In this document: one piece after another, positions 28,186 to 36,067 of the stretch
Numbering within the stretch: the stretch's first letter is position 1
How the letters are laid out: each line of letters begins with the position of its first letter
Assembly (NCBI GenBank): GCA_036402955.1
Contig: DASWRX010000197.1
Location: 472 to 64,471 of the forward strand
Source of the DNA: Thermoanaerobaculia bacterium
GTDB taxonomy: Bacteria > Acidobacteriota > Thermoanaerobaculia > Multivoradales > UBA5704
Length of the DNA: 64,000 nucleotides
Direction of reading: 5' to 3'
Notes under the pieces: generated by a model
Databases searched by the model: none
Seen by the model: only the letters and a program-made list of their open reading frames with translations
Told to the model about the DNA's origin: nothing
Position numbers and translations under genes: made by a program

Positions 28186-28455
28186 ATGCCAAACCAGTCA
28201 CGCATGCCTAAGCGTCCCCGAGACTTCAACTCTCGCGCCTTTCAATCCGTCGCCATCCTGACCGGGGCCGAACCACTACCGCCCACAGAGCCCGTTGACC
28301 CTATACGCGCCGCGGCTGCCGCCCTGGGACGCCGCGGTGGGTTGAAGGGAGGGGCAGCCAGGGCCGCGAAGATGACTCCGGAGCAACGAAGTGAGAGCGC
28401 CCGGAAGGCGGCAGCCGCCCGGTGGAAACCGAAGGTTGACCACTCCGATGAATAG
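28186..28455 (+). CDS. Small basic protein (passenger)
   Basis: 89 aa. The C-terminal motif LGRRGGLKGGAARAAKMTPEQRSESARKAAAARW is a pattern I have seen in small phage- or TA-associated proteins. The start is uncertain (28186 or 28204). Confidence 0.45.
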   Translation: MPNQSRMPKRPRDFNSRAFQSVAILTGAEPLPPTEPVDPIRAAAAALGRRGGLKGGAARAAKMTPEQRSESARKAAAARWKPKVDHSDE

Positions 28456-28502
28456 TGCTACCGTATGCGGTGTCATTCGCAGGACTGGAGTGTCTCTGCG
28501 GC

Positions 28503-28790
28503 ATGGCTAAGAGTAGGAAGAGGCTACTGGAGGAGCTTCGCCAGAGGAAGCAGTCATGTGCACAAAGCATGGCAGACGCCGCGCTTGAAGCTTTCGGCTT
28601 TATTCGGGGCCGATCCCAGGGGCATGCGCAGGTATGGGCATACAAGCACATAACGATTACGGTTCATGCGCCGCATGGCGGCAAGGATATGGACCCGGGC
28701 GCCGTTGCTATGGTCATCCGTAAGATAGTAGAGGCCGACCTCTTCCAGCAGGCAGAAGCGAAGAAGGAGAAGCAAGAGGATGTCCACTAA
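28503..28790 (+). CDS. hicA: HicA-like toxin
   Basis: FGFIRGRSQGHAQVW...ITITVHAPHGGKDMDPGAVAMVIRKI resembles the HicA G-x-GSH / P-x-H-x-KD pattern. 11-bp overlap with hicB. The start is uncertain (28503 or 28569). Confidence 0.55.
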   Translation: MAKSRKRLLEELRQRKQSCAQSMADAALEAFGFIRGRSQGHAQVWAYKHITITVHAPHGGKDMDPGAVAMVIRKIVEADLFQQAEAKKEKQEDVH

Positions 28791-29349
28791 GAACCTCGCT
28801 TACTATTTGGGCTTGCGATACCCGTACGAAGTTCACGAACGCGAGGAAAGCTATTTCGTTACGCATCCCGACCTTGACGGATGCATGGCTGAAGGAACGA
28901 CCCTGACCGACGCCTTGTCAAATCTCGCTGACTCGCGGGAGCTTTGGATCGAAGCTAGGCTGAGTGGTGGCTATGATGTTCCTGAACCTTATTCGGAAGA
29001 ATATAGCGGACGTATTTCTCTTCGAATGACTCCCGAAGTTCATAGTCAGTTGGCTCGCATCGCCGAGCGGCGAGGAGTCAGCTTAAATCTGCTTTTAAAT
29101 TCGATACTTGCTTCTTACGCTGGCGGTGCAGAGCCCTTAGGCTCAGTGCTAAGCGAAATTAAATCGGCCCTAAGGGAGATGAGTACCGCGCCGATACCAG
29201 TTCTTCAAGCGGCGAGCGCTCGACAGACTGTTAGAACCGCGTTACTGCCAGATCACAATGATGCCTTGAGCGACGGCGCATTATTGATGCTCGGCGATTC
29301 CGCTACGCGGGCGCTGCTGAGAACGGGGAAAGGTCCTTTGAATGGATGA
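28780..29349 (+). CDS. hicB: HicB-family antitoxin (HicB N-domain + RHH C-domain)
   Basis: YPYEVHEREESYFVTHPDLDGCMAEGTTLTDALSNL (HicB fold) and SGRISLRMTPEVHSQLARIAERRGVSLNLLLNSILA (RHH). Confidence 0.85.
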   Translation: MSTKNLAYYLGLRYPYEVHEREESYFVTHPDLDGCMAEGTTLTDALSNLADSRELWIEARLSGGYDVPEPYSEEYSGRISLRMTPEVHSQLARIAERRGVSLNLLLNSILASYAGGAEPLGSVLSEIKSALREMSTAPIPVLQAASARQTVRTALLPDHNDALSDGALLMLGDSATRALLRTGKGPLNG

Positions 29350-30058
29350 AATACGAAGTTTGACCGTTCAACAGGTGCGGATTTACGCTCCAGGAATAGT
29401 GCCGCTTCTGGCGCTACGCTCTGCCCCTGGCATCGCAATTCTTCGCAAGAAGTTTGGGTTTCAGGAAATGGCGATAAACCCTACCGCCGGAGATGTGACA
29501 TTCGTTTCCGGCCTTGTCGTGCCAGAAAACGGCGATTTAGTCGCGATCAACTTTCTAGAAATTGGCGCGCAGAAGACGGCATGGGAGATTCTAGGGAGCA
29601 GCTCGACCGCGAACGCTCTTAATGATCTATTCGTAAAATTGATCACGGAATTGAGTCCGGAGATGGAGCATGCGGAGCCGCTCCTATTTACGCAGGTTAC
29701 GCAGTGCACAGTGCGCTTGGCGATCTCGTGGAAGGAACTTATCTCCGAAAAACTGGCGAGCGCGATAGAGGAGGTTCGCCATCGGTTTGATCTTCCTGTG
29801 GCCAGTACTAGAGTTGCGGGCATGAATCTGAATTTCACAATCCAGTATGACGTGAGCGATTTACGTATCAAGGAGTGGGGAATCGGCGTCCTTGACAAAA
29901 ATGTGACGCTTAACCCGGTTCCTTCCGTACCGTTCTCGGAACGGCTGTTCAACACCTCCTCCCCTCTTGATTCGGACGCGCATTTGCAGCTAGTCCAGGA
30001 TCTGGAGACGGCGCTCGCCGAAAATCAAGGGCGCCGCGCTACAGTTCGTCGCCGGTAG
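29342..30058 (+). CDS. Hypothetical protein, 8-bp overlap with hicB (passenger)
   Basis: 238-aa ORF in the AT-richest part of the window. ATG 29342 overlaps the hicB stop. No motif recognised. Confidence 0.6.
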   Translation: MDEIRSLTVQQVRIYAPGIVPLLALRSAPGIAILRKKFGFQEMAINPTAGDVTFVSGLVVPENGDLVAINFLEIGAQKTAWEILGSSSTANALNDLFVKLITELSPEMEHAEPLLFTQVTQCTVRLAISWKELISEKLASAIEEVRHRFDLPVASTRVAGMNLNFTIQYDVSDLRIKEWGIGVLDKNVTLNPVPSVPFSERLFNTSSPLDSDAHLQLVQDLETALAENQGRRATVRRR

Positions 30059-30127
30059 CCTTTCCCGTTCTGGCATAGCGAGGCCGACTCCCGTTTGTTC
30101 GTGGGCGGGTCGCAATCGGTTTGCCTC

Positions 30128-30156
30128 TTGACTTTTCCTGATCGGTCACGCATAAT
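30128..30156 (+). promoter_or_regulatory. Putative transposase promoter, possibly giving a leaderless mRNA
   Basis: TTGACT (30128-30133), a 17-nt spacer, then CATAAT (30151-30156). The ATG at 30164 lies 7 nt after the -10 element. Confidence 0.4.
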
Positions 30157-31027
30157 GTTCAGTATGACAAACGTCCTCAGCAACGCCGACCGAACCGCCG
30201 TCGTCGCCGCCCTGGTGGAAGGCAACTCGATCCGCGCCACGTCCCGGATGACGAGGGTGGCCCGGAACACGGTTACGAAGCTCCTCCTGGATCTCGCTGA
30301 GGTCTGCGCCGAGTACTCCAGCGCCAAGCTGGTCAACCTCCCTTGCAAGCGCCTCCAGGTCGATGAGATCTGGGAATTCTGCTACGCCAAAGCGAAGAAC
30401 GTCCCGGAGGACAAGAAGGGCGTTTTCGGCTATGGCGACGTCTGGACGTTCGTGGCGATCGACGCCGAGACGAAGCTGGTACCGTCGTGGCTCGTGGGCT
30501 CGCGAGACATCGGCAGCGCTACCGAGCTGATGCAGGATCTAGTCGGCCGTCTCTCGGGCCGCGTGCAGCTCACCACGGACGGGCTCAAGGCGTACGTCTC
30601 GGCGGTCGAGGATGCTTTTGGCGGGGACGTGGACTTCGCGCAGCTCCACAAGATCTACGCCGCCGCGCCGACCGGCCCGGAGACGCGCTACAGCCCGGCG
30701 GAATGCATCGGTTGCGAGAAGAAGCGGGTGGTGGGCGACCCCGACCCCAAGCACGTCTCAACGTCCTACGTCGAGCGCCAGAACCTGACGATGCGGATGT
30801 CCATGCGGCGCTTCACCCGGTTGACGAACGGCCATTCCAAGAAGGTCGAGAACCACGCCGCCGCCGTGGCCGTTCATTTCGCCTACTACAATTTTTGCAG
30901 GCCCCATTCCTCCCTGGGGAAGGGAGTGACGCCTGCAATGGCGGCCGGAGTCGAGTCCCGGAAGCTCGAAATCGTGGACTTGGTCGCCCTGCTTCCTGAT
31001 TCAGAAACTAAGGGCGAGTCAAAATGA
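30155..31027 (+). CDS. IS1-family DDE transposase (single ORF)
   Basis: N-terminal HTH (RATSRMTRVARNTVTKLL), LQVDEIWEF, WTFVAIDAETKL, LTTDGLKAY, YVERQNLTMRMSMRRFTRLTNGHSKKVENH, YNFCRPHSSL. Start is 30155 or, if leaderless, 30164. Confidence 0.85.
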   Translation: MFSMTNVLSNADRTAVVAALVEGNSIRATSRMTRVARNTVTKLLLDLAEVCAEYSSAKLVNLPCKRLQVDEIWEFCYAKAKNVPEDKKGVFGYGDVWTFVAIDAETKLVPSWLVGSRDIGSATELMQDLVGRLSGRVQLTTDGLKAYVSAVEDAFGGDVDFAQLHKIYAAAPTGPETRYSPAECIGCEKKRVVGDPDPKHVSTSYVERQNLTMRMSMRRFTRLTNGHSKKVENHAAAVAVHFAYYNFCRPHSSLGKGVTPAMAAGVESRKLEIVDLVALLPDSETKGESK

Positions 31028-31035
31028 GCCAGTAC
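31018..31035. repeat. Right terminal inverted repeat (IRR)
   Basis: Exact reverse complement of 26918-26935. Contains the transposase stop codon (31025-31027). Confidence 0.9.
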
Positions 31036-31036
31036 C

Positions 31037-31258
31037 GACCCGCGGGTCCACGACCGCGACCCACGGGTCCAGCTCTCCGACCCGCGGGTCAACAACCGCG
31101 ACCCACGGGTCCAGCTCTGCGACCCGCGGGTCAGCAACCGCGACCCACGGGTCCGGCTCTGCGACCCGCGGGTCAACGACTCCGACCCACGGGTCCAACT
31201 CTCGGACCCGCGGGTCAACAACTCCGACCCCTGGGTCCGGCGCTCCGACCCGCGGGTC
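31037..31258. repeat. Right part of the 21-bp-period palindrome array (11 units)
   Basis: 12-mers start at 31037, 31058, 31079, 31100, 31121, 31142, 31163, 31184, 31205, 31226 and 31247. GACCCGCGGGTC alternates with GACCCACGGGTC, giving a 42-bp super-repeat. One unit is the variant GACCCCTGGGTC. Confidence 0.95.
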
Positions 31259-31297
31259 GCTTCCGCAACCTTCCCTCCCCGCTTGCGTATCAGAGAT

Positions 31298-31315
31298 CAG
31301 AGTGATATCACTCTG
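31298..31315. promoter_or_regulatory. 18-bp perfect palindrome, candidate operator upstream of the SPFH gene
   Basis: CAGAGTGATATCACTCTG, ending 27 nt upstream of the ATG at 31342. Confidence 0.45.
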
Positions 31316-31341
31316 GTATCCAAGGAAGGGAGAACGTCATC

Positions 31342-32211
31342 ATGATTCGCGAACGGGAGTACAACGGCAAGCCGGGGCTCGGCATGCTGCTGCTGTTCTT
31401 CGCGCTGTTCCTCGGCTCGGTCGGCGGCTTGATCTACTCCGCCAAAGAGGGACTCGGGATCGGGATCGTCCTCTGCGTGCTGCTGATGGTGGTCGCCATC
31501 CTCGGCGAGTGCGGGCTGTTCATCGTCAATCCCAACCAGGCCAAGGTGCTGCAGTTCTTCGGCGACTACGTGGGGACGGCCCGGCTGCCGGGCCTGCGCT
31601 GGGCCAACCCGTTCTACAGCAAGCGGGGGGTCTCGGCGCGGACCCGCAACTTCGAGACCGGCAAGCTCAAGGTCAACGACAAGGCGGGCAATCCGATCGA
31701 GATCGCGGCCGTGGTGGTGTGGCGGGTGATCGACACCGCCGAGGCGCTGTTCAACGTCGACGACTACATCAACTTCGTCCAGGTGCAGAGCGAGTCGGCG
31801 CTGCGGAACCTCGCCACTCACTTCCCGTACGTCGCCGACGTGGAGGGGGAGATGGACCTCTCCGGCCACACCTCGGAGATGTCGGTGGGGCTCGCCCGCG
31901 AGATCCAGGAGCGGCTGGAGCAGGCGGGGGTGGCGGTGCTGGAGGCCCGCATCAGCCATCTCGCCTACTCGCCCGAGATCGCGTCGGCGATGCTGCAGCG
32001 CCAGCAGGCCAGCGCGGTGGTGGCGGCGCGGGCGAAGATCGTCGAGGGCGCGGTGGGGATGGTCGAGCACGCCCTGGAGATGCTCGCGGCGAAGGGGCTC
32101 GTCGAGCTCGATCCCGAGCGCCGGGCGGCCATGGTGAGCAACCTGCTGGTGGTGCTCTGCGGTGGCGGCCATCCGCAGCCGGTGGTCAACGTCGGCAGCC
32201 TGTACCACTGA
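31342..32211 (+). CDS. SPFH/Band-7 domain membrane protein
   Basis: N-terminal TM helices followed by an SPFH core ([22 protein letters not shown]...[18 protein letters not shown]...[11 protein letters not shown]). Confidence 0.9.
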   Translation: MIREREYNGKPGLGMLLLFFALFLGSVGGLIYSAKEGLGIGIVLCVLLMVVAILGECGLFIVNPNQAKVLQFFGDYVGTARLPGLRWANPFYSKRGVSARTRNFETGKLKVNDKAGNPIEIAAVVVWRVIDTAEALFNVDDYINFVQVQSESALRNLATHFPYVADVEGEMDLSGHTSEMSVGLAREIQERLEQAGVAVLEARISHLAYSPEIASAMLQRQQASAVVAARAKIVEGAVGMVEHALEMLAAKGLVELDPERRAAMVSNLLVVLCGGGHPQPVVNVGSLYH

Positions 32212-32218
32212 GGCGGCC

Positions 32219-32383
32219 TTGGCGGAACGCAAGAGCTACCCGCTGCGGCTCGACCCGGAGATCTACGAATCCCTCCGGCGCTGGGCCGCGGACGAGCTGC
32301 GCAGCGTCAACGCGCAGATCGAGTTCCTGCTCGCGCGCGCCCTGCGGGAGGCGGGGCGCGCGCCGAAGGGGAGGCGGGAGTAG
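32219..32383 (+). CDS. Arc/RHH-family small DNA-binding protein
   Basis: [42 protein letters not shown] is a strand-helix-helix pattern. There is no ATG; the start is provisionally TTG 32219. Confidence 0.6.
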   Translation: MAERKSYPLRLDPEIYESLRRWAADELRSVNAQIEFLLARALREAGRAPKGRRE

Positions 32384-32388
32384 GGCGC

Positions 32389-32991
32389 CTACAGCCACCC
32401 CTTCTGCCGCGCGATCCGCGCCGCCTCGACGCGGTTCTCGGCGCCGAGCTTGCTGATCACCTCGGAGAGATAGTTGCGGACCGTCCCTTCGGAGAGGTGG
32501 AGCTCGGCGGCGATGCGGGCGCTCGGCTGGCCGTCGGCGGCGAGGCGCAGCACCTGGCGCTCGCGGTCGGTGAGCGGGTCGGCCTCTTCCCAGGCGGCCG
32601 CGGCCAGTTCGGTGTCCACCGCGCGCAGCCCGGCGTGGACCCGGCGGATGGCCTCGGCCAGCCGCTCGGATGGGGCGTCCTTCAGGAGGTAGCCCGCGGC
32701 GCCGGCGTCGAGCGCCCGGCGCAGGTAGCCGCTGCGGGCGAAGGTGGTGAGGATCACGACGCGCGCCGGGTTGCCCCGCCGCTTGAGCTCGGCCGCCAGC
32801 TCGAGCCCGGTGCGCCGCGGCATCTCGATGTCGGTGAGCACCACGTCAGGCCGCAGGGCCGCGGCGAGCTCCAGGGCCTCCTCGCCGTCGCGGGCCCGGC
32901 CGACCACCTCGATGTCCGGCTCCAGCTCGATCAGCGCCGCGAGGGCGCCGAGGACCATCCCCTGGTCCTCGGCGATCAGCACCCGGATCAA
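32389..32991 (-). CDS. NarL/LuxR-family response regulator
   Basis: Receiver domain (VLIAEDQ...VVLTDIEMP) plus LuxR HTH (LTDRERQVLRLAADGQPSARIAAELHLSEGTVRNYLSEVISKLG). Confidence 0.95.
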   Translation of the reverse strand: MIRVLIAEDQGMVLGALAALIELEPDIEVVGRARDGEEALELAAALRPDVVLTDIEMPRRTGLELAAELKRRGNPARVVILTTFARSGYLRRALDAGAAGYLLKDAPSERLAEAIRRVHAGLRAVDTELAAAAWEEADPLTDRERQVLRLAADGQPSARIAAELHLSEGTVRNYLSEVISKLGAENRVEAARIARQKGWL

Positions 32992-34169
32992 GCGGTCCTC
33001 TCCGCGAGCCCTTTGCCTTCCCGTTCCTCTTTACCTTCCCTTTCCTCTCCAGATGTAGGGGAGGGGCTCGTCCCCTCCCGGGCGGGGGCCTGAAGGAACG
33101 GGTCCTTCCGGCGCGGCAGGACGATCCGCAGCGAGGTGCCGGTCTCGGCTTGGCGCTCCAGCTTGCCGCCGAGCCCCTCGACCCGCTCGCGCATCGAGGC
33201 GAGGCCGATGCCCTCGGGCGCCGAGCCCCCCCGGCCGTCGTCACGGACCTCCAGCCGCGTCTCCTCGCCCGTCTGCTCCAGGGCGATCCGGCAGGTGCGG
33301 GCTCCGGCATGGCGGACGACGTTCGTCACCGACTCCCGCAGCGCCAGCGCCAGCACGGTCTCCTGCACGGGGTCCAGCTCGACCGGCTGGGTGAAGTATT
33401 CGAGCCGCACGCCCGCCGATTCCAGCGCCAGCCGCGCCCGGCCCATCTCCGCCTGGAGCCCCTCGGAGCGGTAGCCGGCGATCGCCGTCCGCACCTCCCG
33501 CAACGCCTCGCGGGAGATGCGCTCGACCTCCCGGATCTCGCGCCCGGCCCGCTCCGGATCGCGGCCGACGAGCTTGCCCGCCAGCTCGGACTTCAGGGTG
33601 ATCAGCGACAGGGTGTGGCCCAGCACGTCGTGCAGATCGCGGGCGATGCGCTCCCGCTCGGCCGTCTGCGCCAGCCGCTCGATCTCCTGATGGGCCATCC
33701 GCAGCTTGGCGTTGGCCCGCTTGACCTCGGCGCCATGGATGCAGATGCCGCCGATCATCAGGGAGAAGCCCGCCGCCGGACCCCAGGTGTAGGGCGACAG
33801 GTGGGCCAGGGGGACCTCCGCCGCCAGCACCGCCAGCAGGACGCCGAGCAGAGCCCAGGCCGGGCGGGCGGCGACCGCGTAGCCGATGAAGGAGGCGGCG
33901 TAGATGAAGAAGACGGACGCTCCCGGGTTGAACGGCGTCAGGAGGACGGCGATGAGGAGGATGCCGCCGGCGTAGGCGAGGCCCTTCGTTCCCTTCAGCC
34001 AGTAGGCCCGGAAGTAGAGGACGAGGAAGGCGATCAACCCCGCCGCGGTGAACGCCCACTCCTGGGCCGACGCCCGCCGCAGCGCGGGATCGGCCAGGAA
34101 GGGGAAGAGATAGACCAGCCAGGCGTAGGGGAGCCAGCCGATCTCCGGGTCTTTGGGGAGCAGGCGCAT
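32988..34169 (-). CDS. Sensor histidine kinase (HisKA_3 / DesK-like)
   Basis: Start MRLLPKDPE at 34169. About 5 TM helices, H-box RIARDLHDVLGHTLS, and an HATPase_c domain (VRDDGRGG). 4-bp overlap with the regulator gene. Confidence 0.9.
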   Translation of the reverse strand: MRLLPKDPEIGWLPYAWLVYLFPFLADPALRRASAQEWAFTAAGLIAFLVLYFRAYWLKGTKGLAYAGGILLIAVLLTPFNPGASVFFIYAASFIGYAVAARPAWALLGVLLAVLAAEVPLAHLSPYTWGPAAGFSLMIGGICIHGAEVKRANAKLRMAHQEIERLAQTAERERIARDLHDVLGHTLSLITLKSELAGKLVGRDPERAGREIREVERISREALREVRTAIAGYRSEGLQAEMGRARLALESAGVRLEYFTQPVELDPVQETVLALALRESVTNVVRHAGARTCRIALEQTGEETRLEVRDDGRGGSAPEGIGLASMRERVEGLGGKLERQAETGTSLRIVLPRRKDPFLQAPAREGTSPSPTSGEEREGKEEREGKGLAERTA

Positions 34170-34180
34170 CACGCAGTACC

Positions 34181-34965
34181 TTATCCGAACGTCCTGCCTT
34201 CGTCGCGCCGGTAGCCGATCCAGGCGAGCAGCAGGGAGGCCGCCGTGAACGCGGCCAGGAAACCGGCGTGATCGGCCGGCGACTGCCCGCCGCGGTCGAG
34301 CCCGAGCGTGTGCAGCGCGAGCTGGGCGTAGTGGTAGGGCGGGAGGAAGAGGGCGATCCTCTTCACCAGGGGAGGCAGCATCTGGATCGGGATCCACAGC
34401 CCCGAGCCGAACGCCGACGGCAGCGCCACGATGTTGAGCACGGCCACCGCCGAGTTGGGTCCCGCCCAGTAGCCGACGGCGAGCCCGAAGGCGGCGAACG
34501 GGAGCGTGCCCGCCACCAGGACGCCGGAGAGCGCGAGCCAGGTCGCGGCGGGAAGGCGGACGCCGCCGGCGGTGGCGCCGAGGGCGAACAGGGCGCCCAC
34601 CATGACCAGGCTGAACAGGACGCTCATCGCCAGCTTGCCCGCGAAGTGGGCGAACGGGGGCATCGGGGTCGACCGCTTGAACAGCATCCACCCCTGGCCG
34701 CGCTCGACGGCGACGCCGACGCCGAAGGCGAAGAGGGCCGTGTTCATCACCCCGAAGGCGCCGTAGGTGGCGAGCATGTAGGTCGGCATGTCGAACGGGC
34801 CGGCCGCGCCGTGCTGGAGCGCCACGCCGAAGAGCATGTAGAAGACCAGCGGGAAGCCCAGCGTCGGCACGACGTAGGCGGGCAGCCGGAGCTGCTTCAG
34901 GAACTCGTACTTGGCCTCCAGCGCGTAGATGCGCCAGAGATTGCGGGACGCCGTTGGAGAGCTGA

Positions 34966-34969
<4 letters not shown>
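34181..34969 (-). CDS. ABC-2 type transporter permease
   Basis: 262 aa with about 6 hydrophobic helices. 4-bp overlap with the ATPase gene. Confidence 0.85.
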
Positions 34970-35904
<935 letters not shown>

Positions 35905-36067
35905 GGGTCCTCCGTTCTTGTCTTCCAGGGACAGTCTGGAGGACGGGACGTGAGGACCCCAGGGTGGAATGTCAGGAGTTCGGGGTGACAGATGTCACGG
36001 GGTCAGAGCCGTTGGCAAGTAGAATATATTAAATTACTGCGTTATGCTGTAGCGTAGGAGGTTTGTC

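Larger units (their letters stand above)
26918..31035 (+). mobile_element. IS1-like transposon with passenger genes (4,118 bp)
   Basis: Perfect terminal inverted repeats GTACTGGCTCATTTTGAC (26918-26935) and GTCAAAATGAGCCAGTAC (31018-31035). Flanking direct repeats CGACCCGCGG (26908-26917 and 31036-31045). DDE transposase at the right end, with its stop codon inside the right IR. Confidence 0.8.

Noticed and set aside
26846-31258. Could the regularly spaced repeats be a CRISPR array?
   Set aside because: The repeat is 12 bp, the spacers are 9 bp, and the spacers are themselves repetitive. That is far below CRISPR dimensions. No cas genes are in the window.
30886-31305. ORFs reading through the palindrome array: 30886..31221 - (TRGS heptads), 31024..31305 + (MSQYRPAGPRPRPTGP...) and 26561..26929 - (MSQYPRVAVVDPRV...).
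   Set aside because: Two of them start at the ATG that sits inside the transposon IR and read outward. They therefore exist only because of the insertion. All frames are open in this repeat. The TRGS frame is kept only as an alternative hypothesis in the array finding.
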